Assembly (NCBI GenBank): GCA_965203175.1 | Contig: OZ241867.1 | Location: forward strand, 3,424,001 to 3,488,000 | Direction of reading: 5' to 3' | Length of the DNA stretch: 64,000 bases | Source of the DNA: Candidatus Latescibacterota bacterium | GTDB lineage: Bacteria; Latescibacterota; UBA2968; UBA8231 | Shown: positions 27,938 to 38,049 of the stretch, piece after piece | How positions within the stretch are numbered: position 1 is the stretch's first letter | How the letters are laid out: each line of letters starts with the position of its first letter | Translations under genes and position numbers: made by a program | Notes under the pieces: generated by a model | Told to the model about the DNA's origin: nothing | The model's input: only the letters and a program-made list of their open reading frames with translations | Databases searched by the model: none

Positions 27938-29215
27938 ATGCAATGCTGGATTTTCGTTTTCAATCCGCTCGAACGCTACATGGCCAACTACAAGCACATC
28001 TTCGACGCCTGGGAAGAGGGCGGGGTGCGCGGCATTGTGGTGGGGCGCATGTTTTTTACGGAGGACGACGGCGGCCGAATCCCCGCCTTTCCCCAAGATC
28101 CCCAAGCCTACGCCGACCTAGGGCTAGAAGCACCCGAGGAGCAGCCCCGAGACTTGGAAAAGGAGCGGGAACTAAGCGCTATGCTGGATGACGCTGCTGG
28201 GCGCGGCTGGCATATCATGGTATTCGACAGCGGCACCACGGCCCACGTGCAGAGCTTGATAAACCGCTACCCCCAGGTCAACGGAGTGATCATCGACGGG
28301 CCTGGAGAAAACCACTACGAACTGGCTTGGCACCACGGCGGCGAACTCTTTGAATTGCGCGACGGCGAGCGCGTTGAGTTTGCCAACTTGGGATTTGAGA
28401 TCGACCGGCTGGAGCGCGGCATTGCCCACATGCGCCAGCGTTTCCACAACCTCACCCCCGACCTCGTGCGCTATTGGGCACCGGGCGGGACCCTAGCCGG
28501 TCTGAATCTCTTTGATATCAACGAGGACGCCCTGTACTGGCTGCGGGCGCGGGGGGAAAAGTCGCGGCGTTCGTGGGAGCGGGCCCGCGCCGACTTGGAC
28601 GGAGTGAACCGCTATGTCGAGCTAGGTGGCATTCCGCGCATTACCACGTTCTCTTCCCTGACCGGCCAAGATTACCAGCAGATGCCGCCGTACTTCGACT
28701 ACATCTTTCCCAAGCACTACTACTGGCATCGCGGTTTCGACGGCATGTACGGCACCATTGCCCGCTGGGTGCAAAAGTTCGCCGAGTGGAATCCCTCTCT
28801 GACTGAAGCTGATTGCTTCCTGCTGGTCGAATCGCTGTTCGGCCTGCGCCTGCCCAATGTTGAGTCGCTGCTGGATATGGAGATGGGTTTTCCCGAAGAG
28901 TTTTTCACCGAAGTTGTGTACAGCGAAACGCGGCGCGCCCTAGAGGCGATCAAGGACGTCGACAAAACCATCTTCTGGGTGTCCACTGGCCGCTCCCCAC
29001 ACGCTGGCGACGCCATGCCGGCCCGCGACTTGGCTGGCATTCTCAAAGCCTCACAGGCCGCCGGTGCCCAGCGCTTTCTCTTCCATCCAGACCCGGATCC
29101 CAGTCCGTCCGAGTGGAGCGTGATCAGCGGCCTGTGCGGCGCGCAATGGCGTCAATCGCGGGACGGGTACTGGCCGCCCAATGCGGCCAAACCGGACGAA
29201 TACCTGCGCAGTTAA
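27938..29215 (+). CDS. Conserved hypothetical protein (possible TIM-barrel)
   Basis: 425-aa ORF with AGGAG SD and host-like codon usage; ends the operon; no recognised motif. Confidence 0.8.
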   Translation: MQCWIFVFNPLERYMANYKHIFDAWEEGGVRGIVVGRMFFTEDDGGRIPAFPQDPQAYADLGLEAPEEQPRDLEKERELSAMLDDAAGRGWHIMVFDSGTTAHVQSLINRYPQVNGVIIDGPGENHYELAWHHGGELFELRDGERVEFANLGFEIDRLERGIAHMRQRFHNLTPDLVRYWAPGGTLAGLNLFDINEDALYWLRARGEKSRRSWERARADLDGVNRYVELGGIPRITTFSSLTGQDYQQMPPYFDYIFPKHYYWHRGFDGMYGTIARWVQKFAEWNPSLTEADCFLLVESLFGLRLPNVESLLDMEMGFPEEFFTEVVYSETRRALEAIKDVDKTIFWVSTGRSPHAGDAMPARDLAGILKASQAAGAQRFLFHPDPDPSPSEWSVISGLCGAQWRQSRDGYWPPNAAKPDEYLRS

Positions 29216-29289
29216 TAGGACCTGGAGCTAGCGCTTATGCGCTGGGAAGATGTTTTGTTAGGGATTATAGAATACAAGGTATAACTCTC

Positions 29290-31557
29290 TTGCGACGCGT
29301 CTTTCCCTTGTATGCCCTATCGGGCTTCATCAGCCTCGGCTACCAAGTCGCGTGGTTCCGCATTTTCATCGATTGGTTTGGCTCGACCAACCTCACCTTC
29401 GCCCTAGTGGTGTGCAGCTTTATCGGGGGCTTGGGATGCGGCGCGCTTTTGAGCCGGCGAATCACCCGGCTGCTGACCGACCGGACTGGCATCGGGGACA
29501 AACTGCGTTTGTACGGGCTGATAGAACTTCTGGTCGGAGCATCGGCCCTTGTGACCGTAGCAGCCGAATATTTGCCGCCAGACCTCTGGGGTTCCTTCCC
29601 GTATTATCTAGACGACGGAATCTGGGTTCAGGCGATCCACTATCAGATTGCCCAAGGGGCCATCGCCACGATTAGCCTCTTTATTCCTTGTCTGTTCATG
29701 GGGGTGACCTTCCCCTTACTGTGCGACATCTTCCGCTCAATATCGAGGAACGGGCGTCTCCCCTCCGTCCTGTACGCGTGGAACACTATTGGTGCGTGTA
29801 TCGGCGTACTAGCTTGCCAGTTCATCCTGATACCGGAGATCGGGCACGAACCAACCTTTTGGTTGATGGCCTGCTTGAACATACTGCTAGGATTATACTT
29901 CGTCGCCAGCGGTGGTGCACCCGCCGGCGACGAAGCGGCGGACACTGCCAGCGCAACATTTCCAAACGCTGGAGTGCCACCTAGGTCGGGAAGTGCCCTC
30001 ATTGCTTGTGCCGCCCTGAGCGGCTTACTTGCTGGAGCACTCGAAGGCGATATGTTCAAGAGGATCGACTTCATTGTCGTGCTGAGCCCCGGGGCAACCA
30101 TGTCGTTTATCTCCTTCTGGGCCGTGTTGGGCATTTTTCTAGCCAGCATTATCGTGCGGCACATCGAGCGCATCGGGTTTGCTCATATCAAGGGCGCGTA
30201 CGGGCTGGCCGCACTCTACTACTTCGCGCTCTGGCGATTTAGCGACGAGCTGACCTACTTGGTGGGCAACCCGCCGGATGTGCGCGGCGTACATCACTTC
30301 CCTGTGAGTCCCTCACAACTCTTCGTTTATACTGGCATCTATGTACTGCCTTCGTACTTGTTGATCTCCCTACTCCTGCCCTACGTCTGCAATCGACTAC
30401 AGGGCATAGGGAAACACCTCGGGCTGGCCTATGGTCTGAATACGGTGGGATTCTGTCTCGGCTTGATTGCCTTCACGCTGGTGGCACCCCACCTGAACAT
30501 TTTCTACTCGTTGAAGCTCTTTCTGGCCTTCATGGTGCTCGCCGCGCTCGCCCTAGCATGCATTTCGGAATTCCGTCCCATAAAAGCGTGGCAGATCGCT
30601 GTCTTGGTAGTTCTTGTCGCCAGCGCCTGTATAGCTACGCCAAGAAGATTCGATCGAGATTTTTTTACGCCTCTGATGTGGCCCAACGCTGTTGCGGCCC
30701 AAGGCCTGAGGAGCAATGCCGCCCATACTACATATTTCCTCGAACTTCCGAACAACAATATGAAGCTCTTCTTCGGCCGTCTGTCTATGTCGGGCACTTC
30801 GCCGCGGTCCCAGCAGTATATGCGTCTGATGGCGCACTTTCCCTTGCTCGTCCATCCACATCCAGAGAAAGTCCTGTTGATCTGTTTTGGAGTCGGCAAT
30901 ACCGCCTCGGCCATCGCCGCCCACGAGAGTATCACGCGAATTGATGCCGTTGATCTCAACGAGAATGTATTCAAGACGGCACCAGCCTTTGCCGCGCACC
31001 ACGCCTTCGTACATTTGGATCCACGGCTGCGGATGATCAACGACGACGGGCGCAACTTCCTCGCGCTGACCGACGAGACGTACGACCTGATTACCAGCGA
31101 ACCACCGCCGCCCATGACCGGGGGAGTGTATCGCCTGTATTCGCGGGAGTACTACGAACAGGTTCTTGCGCACCTGAGTCCCGATGGATTTATGAGCCAA
31201 TGGCTTCCCATAGGGCAGTTGCCCAACGACGCGATTGAATTGGTGACCAGAACCTTCGTCGCGGTGTTTCCCTACAGTCTGTTGTTCGAGGGAGCAGGCC
31301 AACACTTGATCTTGCTGGGCAGCCGCTCTCCCATCCGTTTTGAGCAACTGTCCGAACGCTTCTATAAATCCGACAGGGTTAAAGCCGATCTCTTGCGGAT
31401 CGGTGTCTCAACTCCTGCTGCACTAGTTGACCGCGTGATCCGCAACGACGCCGAACTGCGCAGCCGCCTCGGACCGGGGCGGCTGCTCAGCGATCAGCAC
31501 AATGACTTGGAGCATTTGTTTTACGATCCGGGAGAAGTCCAAAGGATTCCTTACTGA
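29290..31557 (+). CDS. Fused membrane (MFS-like) / spermidine synthase-like methyltransferase-fold protein
   Basis: LSGFISLGYQVAWFR, LYAWNTIG, KVLLICFGVGNT, DDGRNFL, YDLITSEPPPP; start estimated at TTG 29290. Confidence 0.85.
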   Translation: MRRVFPLYALSGFISLGYQVAWFRIFIDWFGSTNLTFALVVCSFIGGLGCGALLSRRITRLLTDRTGIGDKLRLYGLIELLVGASALVTVAAEYLPPDLWGSFPYYLDDGIWVQAIHYQIAQGAIATISLFIPCLFMGVTFPLLCDIFRSISRNGRLPSVLYAWNTIGACIGVLACQFILIPEIGHEPTFWLMACLNILLGLYFVASGGAPAGDEAADTASATFPNAGVPPRSGSALIACAALSGLLAGALEGDMFKRIDFIVVLSPGATMSFISFWAVLGIFLASIIVRHIERIGFAHIKGAYGLAALYYFALWRFSDELTYLVGNPPDVRGVHHFPVSPSQLFVYTGIYVLPSYLLISLLLPYVCNRLQGIGKHLGLAYGLNTVGFCLGLIAFTLVAPHLNIFYSLKLFLAFMVLAALALACISEFRPIKAWQIAVLVVLVASACIATPRRFDRDFFTPLMWPNAVAAQGLRSNAAHTTYFLELPNNNMKLFFGRLSMSGTSPRSQQYMRLMAHFPLLVHPHPEKVLLICFGVGNTASAIAAHESITRIDAVDLNENVFKTAPAFAAHHAFVHLDPRLRMINDDGRNFLALTDETYDLITSEPPPPMTGGVYRLYSREYYEQVLAHLSPDGFMSQWLPIGQLPNDAIELVTRTFVAVFPYSLLFEGAGQHLILLGSRSPIRFEQLSERFYKSDRVKADLLRIGVSTPAALVDRVIRNDAELRSRLGPGRLLSDQHNDLEHLFYDPGEVQRIPY

Positions 31558-31596
31558 GTAATAGATTTTTACATCTATCCCGGAAGGGAGGTTTTC

Positions 31597-33585
31597 TTAG
31601 ACTTGGGTGAGAAAACTTCCTATGTGTCCGGTTATATAATCCAGCACCAGCCATCCGCCCGCCGCCACGATCTCACCCAAAATCAGGCCGAGAAAAAACG
31701 GCCGCAAATTCCGGTACAGCTTGGGACCGCCGTAGCGCAGGATTAACAGTTTGAGGAACCAAGCGAGAAAGGCGCTGCCAAAGATATGTCCCGTCTTCCA
31801 GTTGGCGCTGATGGTATAACCGAGAGGATTGAGCGGCCACCAGACGAACTGGTGCCGCGCCCACATCAGTAGGGCCATCACCCCTCCACCAATGCCCATG
31901 AACAGCCAAGCGTCTAGTCTTGGACCGGGCAACTCTGCGGCGATGCGAGGAGCCATATCCCGAGGACCAAAGGTGGGGGCCTGCCCCACGAAAAAGAGCG
32001 GATTGAGATTGATGCCCCCGTATTTGTAGGCCAGTACTAAGGTCATATACGACGAGCCGACCAGACTTACTACAATGGCGATGACTACGGCCCAGAATAG
32101 CCGGCGCTTGGAACCGGTGATAATCTCACCCATCTTCAGTCCGTTGGCTACAGACGCCATGACAAAGGAGCGTACTTCGGAATGCCAGCCGTAGGAAAAG
32201 CCCAAGGCCACTAAACCTGAAGCACCCAAGGCCGAGGCACCGGCCCCCGAAATGACAAAGCTAGAAGTCATAATAGGGGGCCGCATGGCCGGGATGCCCC
32301 CTTCGGCTACTACCCGAGTTAGCCCTATAAACAGCATCATGGCACCAAAGAGGAATAACAGCGCTGTGGGAAGGGTTAGTCCCATCATACATAGGCCGAC
32401 CACCACTAGGGCAAGCGCCGCTAGCAGGCCGAAAAGGGCCTGCCGGTAGGAGAGCATCTCGCCGCTGTCGTCGACCTCTTCGTCGCCATGGAAAGCTTTG
32501 CGGTAAACATTTTGTAAATGGCCGCGTCCCACCCACAACCCCACTAGGACAAAGACTATCATTGAGCCCATACCCTGATGGGCTAGGAAAGGTTCGATCG
32601 AGTAGAAGTCGATCCGCTGCGTGCTCTGCACGCCGACGATATTGAAGATGCCGCGCTGGATGGTGGTGAGGGTGTAGAATATCCAGATTGAAGCCGTAAT
32701 ATCGAGGTTGACGAAATAGAAAAAACCCGTCCAAGGCGGACTAAACCAGAAACTCAGGCCGACGGTATCGCGGAACAAGGGCAATGTGAAGGCCTTGGTG
32801 ATCTGCGGAAAGTTCGGAAAGTAGGAGTGCAGGCCGTTGACACTGAGCAGAATGAACGATACGGCAAAACCGATCCACATGGCTTTATTGGTGAAAAACG
32901 ACCGACCGATCATTCCTTCCTTTTCTCGGCCGATCATTTCCATGGGCACTTGGACCAGTGGGTAAACTAGCTTTTCCCGATCCATCCACTGGCGACGTAG
33001 AATGACCATGGTGCAGATCATGGCAAAGCTGAGCACCAGAAAAAACCCATACCAGAAACTCAGCGGTACGACCCAGATATCCCAGGGGATAGCCTCGCCT
33101 TCGGGCAGACCTTCAAAGAAAAAACGCGCCGCGTTTTCGCCTTGGGGAATCATCCAGCTAGGGATGTACTGGTTGTAGAGAAAGTCCCAGTTGTTCTCGG
33201 GTGTGGCATAGTAGGTGGAGCCAAGTAAGCATGGTATGATGAACTGAGTGAAACCCATGCCGGGAACACAGCAGGCCACCGCTAGCATGATATAGATGGT
33301 TACCAACTCGGCTTGGTCCAAGGCCAGGGGCCGGCGGAGGCAGGCGACCAAGGCACTGGCGAGCACGACGAAAAAGAAAAAGAACAGGGCCGCCGGGGTG
33401 CTGAAGTTCAGGGTTAGATACGAACCTCGGATGAGGGTCGTAGCATAGGCGTCGAGGAGATTTAGCAGAAAGGCCAGTACCGCCCCGAGTAAGATGGCCC
33501 GGGCCGAAATGCCTTTGACGTCTTCATAGGTCGGCTGGCTTCTTTTTAGCCATGTGAGGTGTTGAGGCGGAATTCTCTTTTTCAA
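31597..33585 (-). CDS. Polytopic membrane protein, DUF6785/DUF6784-like putative transporter
   Basis: About 16 TM segments; RRQW..REKL.YPL, RVVAEGG, WWPLNPLGY, LRYGG..LYR..RPFFLGLILGE. Confidence 0.75.
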   Translation of the reverse strand: MKKRIPPQHLTWLKRSQPTYEDVKGISARAILLGAVLAFLLNLLDAYATTLIRGSYLTLNFSTPAALFFFFFVVLASALVACLRRPLALDQAELVTIYIMLAVACCVPGMGFTQFIIPCLLGSTYYATPENNWDFLYNQYIPSWMIPQGENAARFFFEGLPEGEAIPWDIWVVPLSFWYGFFLVLSFAMICTMVILRRQWMDREKLVYPLVQVPMEMIGREKEGMIGRSFFTNKAMWIGFAVSFILLSVNGLHSYFPNFPQITKAFTLPLFRDTVGLSFWFSPPWTGFFYFVNLDITASIWIFYTLTTIQRGIFNIVGVQSTQRIDFYSIEPFLAHQGMGSMIVFVLVGLWVGRGHLQNVYRKAFHGDEEVDDSGEMLSYRQALFGLLAALALVVVGLCMMGLTLPTALLFLFGAMMLFIGLTRVVAEGGIPAMRPPIMTSSFVISGAGASALGASGLVALGFSYGWHSEVRSFVMASVANGLKMGEIITGSKRRLFWAVVIAIVVSLVGSSYMTLVLAYKYGGINLNPLFFVGQAPTFGPRDMAPRIAAELPGPRLDAWLFMGIGGGVMALLMWARHQFVWWPLNPLGYTISANWKTGHIFGSAFLAWFLKLLILRYGGPKLYRNLRPFFLGLILGEIVAAGGWLVLDYITGHIGSFLTQV

Positions 33586-33663
33586 TACTTGTCTCTAGGG
33601 GCTATCATATGTCGTGTTTTAACTTCTAATGAATAAGTCGTTTGGGCGACAAAGAGAGGCCGT

Positions 33664-34458
33664 TTATTTTCTCATCACTAGGCGTGCTCCAATACCACAG
33701 TAGCGGAGCGATTGATCAAAGCTGAAGCGTTTGGCTGACCGCACGTTGCGCGCGTGATTGACAAAGCCGCCCCCGCGCATAACGCGGGTGGAGCCCGAAG
33801 CAGCTCCAGTAGGGTCTATCTGTTTGGTGCTTGAATAGGCGTTGCTGTACCAGTCTTGCACCCACTCCCATACATTGCCGTGCATATCGTATAGCCCCCA
33901 CGGATTTGGCCGCTTTGAACCCACCGGTTGGGCAAATTTTCCCTCCGCGTCTCCCATGTTTCCTATGTACCAAGCATAGTCGCCCAACAGGCTGTCGTCG
34001 TCCCCAAAGGAACGGCTCGTCGTGGTCCCGGCCCGGCAGGCGTATTCCCACTCGGCTTCGGTAGGCAGGCGGTACAAATCTCTGTCGGCGGCTTGGTTCA
34101 AGCGGCGGAGGAATTCCTGCATATCGATCCACGAGATATAGACTGCCGGGTGATTCGGCTCAGCCCGTACGTACTTGCGTCGGGTCCACGGTGCGGTCCC
34201 CATCACTGCGATCCATTGGGCCTGGGTAATCTCAAATTTACCCAAGTAAAATCCCTTGCTTATCGAGACCTCGTGCTGAGGGCCTTCGTCTTCACCTCGT
34301 ATAGGGGCTGAGGCTGGCGATCCCATCAGAAAGGTACCTGGTTCGATCCACACGAATTCCATGGTGACTCCGTCGCGGAGTTCCACAACAGTGTTCTCGG
34401 ATTGACCTGCAGTTGTGCACGTGATGCCCATCATTAGGGCGGCAAAAATCTGCCTCAT
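33664..34458 (-). CDS. FGE-sulfatase (SUMF1) domain protein, secreted
   Basis: PGTFLMGS, RLPTEAEWEYACRAG, NPWGLYDMHGNVWEW, RGG; signal peptide; lacks the catalytic Cys pair of true FGE. Confidence 0.9.
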   Translation of the reverse strand: MRQIFAALMMGITCTTAGQSENTVVELRDGVTMEFVWIEPGTFLMGSPASAPIRGEDEGPQHEVSISKGFYLGKFEITQAQWIAVMGTAPWTRRKYVRAEPNHPAVYISWIDMQEFLRRLNQAADRDLYRLPTEAEWEYACRAGTTTSRSFGDDDSLLGDYAWYIGNMGDAEGKFAQPVGSKRPNPWGLYDMHGNVWEWVQDWYSNAYSSTKQIDPTGAASGSTRVMRGGGFVNHARNVRSAKRFSFDQSLRYCGIGARLVMRK

Positions 34459-34555
34459 TCCGCACCTCTGGATCTATGAATGGCAGAGGCATGCAACTTT
34501 TTAGCAAAACAAAAAAGCGGCAAAACCATCGCCCACATCCTACGGTTTTCTGTTC

Positions 34556-34584
34556 TTGCCGCAGTAGAAGCTAATACCTATAAT
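34556..34584 (+). promoter_or_regulatory. Sigma70 promoter for the CRTAC1-family gene
   Basis: TTGCCG-N17-TATAAT. Confidence 0.65.
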
Positions 34585-34640
34585 TCCCCATCCATGCGAC
34601 CGTTATTACCTGTTTAGTTCACCTCTACAGCGATGAGTAT

Positions 34641-36332
34641 ATGGAGCTTTTTTATCGTCGCCGTGCCTTTGTCTCTGCCTTGGCGCTGGCCGTGTTGCTG
34701 CCGGAATCTGTTCTACCCCAATTCACCGACCAAACGAAGGAAGCGCACATCGCCTTCCAACATGTGGCCGGCGGACATGAGAAAAAACACATTGTCGAAA
34801 CCTCCGGAGGCGGCGCTGCTTTTTTTGACTACGACAACGATGGCGATCTCGATCTATACGCGGTCAACGGCGCTACGGTCAATACCTACCGGCAAAAATC
34901 CGGACCGGGCAATGTTCTCTACCGCAACCAAGGTAACGGCACCTTTGCCGATGTGACCTTACTTGCCGGCGTTGGGGACCGCAGTTGGGGCATGGGCTGT
35001 ACCGTGGGCGACATCGACGGCGATGGGTACCGCGATCTGTACGTGACCAATTATGGTCCCAATGTTCTCTACCGCAATCAAGGCAACGGTACCTTTGAGG
35101 ACATTTCCGCTGGGGTAGCAGGGAACGATTATAGCTCCAGCGCTGCTTTTTTGGATTACGATGGCGACGGTGATCTCGATTTATACGTTGCCAATTATCT
35201 CGTCTACGATTTTGACTCTCCTCCGGATAAGGTCTGTACCTACGAGGGAATCGAGATCTTCTGCGGTCCCCAAGGCCTACCTGGAGCCGCCGACCGGTTC
35301 TACCGCAACAATGGGGACAACACCTTTACCGACGTCACCCGTCCTTCGGGTATCTCTTGGGCCAACCACTACTACGGGTTGGGTGTACTGCCCGAAGACT
35401 TCGACAACGATGGTGACACCGATCTCTTCGTGGCTAATGACGCAACTCCCAATGTACTCTTCGACAACAACCGCGATGGCACCTTTAGCGAAATTGGCCT
35501 CAAAGCAGGCATCGCGTATAACGAATACGGCGAGGAAGAGGCGGGTATGGGGGTCAGCGGTGGAGACTATGACGCCGACGGTGATCTCGACCTCTATATA
35601 ACCCATTTTTTCCGCGAGAGTAATACCTTCTATCTCAACGACGGACAGGGCCATTTCAAAGATATAACAACCCAGATCGGTCTAGAAGAACCCACGCTTG
35701 GGATGCTGGGGTGGGGCACCCAATTCTTCGACTATGACAGGGACGGCGACTTGGATCTATTCGTCGCTAATGGCCATGTCTATCCGCAGGCGGCTAGCGC
35801 CATTGCAAGCACTTCCTACCCCCAGCGCAATCAGTTGCTCCGCAACGAAGACTACGACCGTTTAATCGATATAGGAGCTGCGGCTGGTCCGGGAATGGGT
35901 CTCAAAAGGGTCAGCCGCGGTGCCAGTTTCGGCGACTACGACAACGATGGCGATGTGGACATTTTCGTCGTCAATTTGGACGAGGCGAGCACCCTGCTAC
36001 GCAACGACTTCGCCCCCGTCAACAACTGGCTTGTCGTCCAACTTCTAGGCCGTGTCCCCAATCGCGACGCCGTCGGTGCCAAGATCCGTTTGCTGGCCGG
36101 TGGCCGATCCCAGTGGCGCACGGCTAATGGCGCTTCCAGCTATCTCTCCTACAACGATATACGTATTTTCTTCGGCTTGGGTGAGGAAGAAGGGGCAGAT
36201 GAAGTGGAGGTCACTTGGCCCGACGGTACCCGTCAGATAGTGCCAGCGACACCGGCCAATAAGCTGTTGGTAATCCGCCAAAACGGCCCCTACTCCTTTA
36301 TGGAGATGGGGGCCAACATCTACGCAGAGTAA
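34641..36332 (+). CDS. CRTAC1-family protein (FG-GAP/VCBS repeats plus ASPIC/UnbV)
   Basis: Repeated DYDNDGDLDLY, SRGASFGDYDNDG, NRDAVGA, FGLG...V.WP. Confidence 0.92.
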   Translation: MELFYRRRAFVSALALAVLLPESVLPQFTDQTKEAHIAFQHVAGGHEKKHIVETSGGGAAFFDYDNDGDLDLYAVNGATVNTYRQKSGPGNVLYRNQGNGTFADVTLLAGVGDRSWGMGCTVGDIDGDGYRDLYVTNYGPNVLYRNQGNGTFEDISAGVAGNDYSSSAAFLDYDGDGDLDLYVANYLVYDFDSPPDKVCTYEGIEIFCGPQGLPGAADRFYRNNGDNTFTDVTRPSGISWANHYYGLGVLPEDFDNDGDTDLFVANDATPNVLFDNNRDGTFSEIGLKAGIAYNEYGEEEAGMGVSGGDYDADGDLDLYITHFFRESNTFYLNDGQGHFKDITTQIGLEEPTLGMLGWGTQFFDYDRDGDLDLFVANGHVYPQAASAIASTSYPQRNQLLRNEDYDRLIDIGAAAGPGMGLKRVSRGASFGDYDNDGDVDIFVVNLDEASTLLRNDFAPVNNWLVVQLLGRVPNRDAVGAKIRLLAGGRSQWRTANGASSYLSYNDIRIFFGLGEEEGADEVEVTWPDGTRQIVPATPANKLLVIRQNGPYSFMEMGANIYAE

Positions 36333-36345
36333 GACCTATAGGCCT

Positions 36346-38010
36346 CTATCCCTCCCCGAAAGCGGCTCTGAGGTTGTCCTCCCGAATAACCACCTTCGAT
36401 GCGTATTTATTCCGCACTTCTTCGATAAACAGATTAAAGGCCTTTCTGTTTTTTTCTCTTCTAAGCTGGGATCGGACTCTCCACTCAGCCTCTTGAAAAG
36501 TCTCTCGCTTGCGTTCTCTAGAAAGCACCTTAAATATAGAATAACCTTCATCTACCTTGGCCGGGCCGGTGATTACTCCTATTTCGGCTTTTTCGGCGAC
36601 TTCTACAAAACCACCGAGAAAGGCCTGTTCGAAAAGATGGAAGTGGAACCGGCCCTCTTCATCCAGATCCTCTAGCGAGCGGATAGAATACTTCTTGGCC
36701 AAATCGCCTAATCGGGCTCCCTTTTGGATCTGCTCCATCAACCTCAGTGCCTCGGCCTCCGTCTCTACTAGAACCTCTTGTACTTCAATTTGCTCGGGGT
36801 GCATATATCTTTCCGCATGGGCCTCGTAAAATTGGCGTAACTCGTTTTCAGCGATGGTCACTTTAGCTCTCAGGAGCCGCGCCCTAAGAGCACTTATCAA
36901 GAGTTGATTTGCTTGATTCCCCAACCACTCGACCGCCTCTGCTTCCTCGTCTATGCCAGCACGCAGGGCCGCTTCCACAAGCATTGCATTGGGCACGACA
37001 TGGCGCTCGGCAAAAGCGATCACTTGGCTGGAGTCGCTGAGTTGGGCCAAGGCGTTGCCTTTCAGGACGTGGCCAGCGTCTGCCAAGTCCTGAGCGGTTA
37101 TTTCTCCGCCGTCGTACCTATAGAGAACTATATTGCGTTCCGTCTCCGAGGCAAAAGATGAACCGCCACGCACTTTTTCGACAATGAGCGCGAGCCCTTC
37201 CCGATCCAATTCGAGGTGGTATTTTTCCTTGAATTCAGTGACCAAAGTTGATAGTGCCCGCTGCTTTTTTTCCTTTTTCAGTCCCATTTGAATCGCCAAT
37301 CTCCTCTGAGGACTGAGTTCGATGGTAGAGTCGGCGATGACTGTAAATATCGAATAGTTTCCACCGATTTTTATGGGCTCGGAGACTTCGCCCAAGGCGA
37401 GGGAAAACAGCTTGTCCTGAAGGGGCATGACCATGTGTTCCCGGGTGGTATAACGGCCTAAGTCACCGCCTTGAGCCGCGGTTTTTTTGTTTATGGACCA
37501 TTTTTGGGCGACTTGCCCAAAAGGCACCCCATTTTTGAGTTCCCGGAGGGCGGCCGAAGCATTTTCGCGGCTGGGAACCATTATATCGGCCAATCTGACT
37601 GCTCGAGTGAGCCCCATGCGTTCAGCGTATTCCCGCACTTCGTCCTCCACCACTTCCTCCTCTACTTCCAGCTCTCTGTCTTGGAAAATGCTGATCAACT
37701 TTTCCCGCTGGACCCTTTCCAGCCGGGCGCGAAATTCAGGGCTTTTGTCGAGATCGGCCGCCTTCGCCTCCATGATCAGTAGTTGGATATTGATCATGGT
37801 GTTCAAATGATTCTTTGCTTCTTCTACCCTAGTGGTCTCCGCCTTGGCCTCTTTGGGGAGGCCGGCGATAAATTTCCGCAACTGGTCAACTGTTATCTCC
37901 TCATCACCTATCTGAGCAACGGTTCGGTCTCCTGTTTCCACTGTGCAACCCGTAAGTGCGGTAAAAAGCAAAAGTGGCAAAAGCCAATATGCAGTCATTT
38001 CTCTTGGCAT
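36346..38010 (-). CDS. PpiC/SurA-type peptidyl-prolyl isomerase lipoprotein (two rotamase domains)
   Basis: Lipobox LTGC; F..VAQKWS...GGDLG and LAKKYS rotamase motifs. Confidence 0.85.
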   Translation of the reverse strand: MPREMTAYWLLPLLLFTALTGCTVETGDRTVAQIGDEEITVDQLRKFIAGLPKEAKAETTRVEEAKNHLNTMINIQLLIMEAKAADLDKSPEFRARLERVQREKLISIFQDRELEVEEEVVEDEVREYAERMGLTRAVRLADIMVPSRENASAALRELKNGVPFGQVAQKWSINKKTAAQGGDLGRYTTREHMVMPLQDKLFSLALGEVSEPIKIGGNYSIFTVIADSTIELSPQRRLAIQMGLKKEKKQRALSTLVTEFKEKYHLELDREGLALIVEKVRGGSSFASETERNIVLYRYDGGEITAQDLADAGHVLKGNALAQLSDSSQVIAFAERHVVPNAMLVEAALRAGIDEEAEAVEWLGNQANQLLISALRARLLRAKVTIAENELRQFYEAHAERYMHPEQIEVQEVLVETEAEALRLMEQIQKGARLGDLAKKYSIRSLEDLDEEGRFHFHLFEQAFLGGFVEVAEKAEIGVITGPAKVDEGYSIFKVLSRERKRETFQEAEWRVRSQLRREKNRKAFNLFIEEVRNKYASKVVIREDNLRAAFGEG

Positions 38011-38049
38011 GTAGCCCAGATCTCCTCTGTATTCCTGTGCATAGGTAGA

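Noticed and set aside
33664-34458. FGE-fold protein as a diversity-generating retroelement target
   Set aside because: No reverse transcriptase and no template repeat seen in the window
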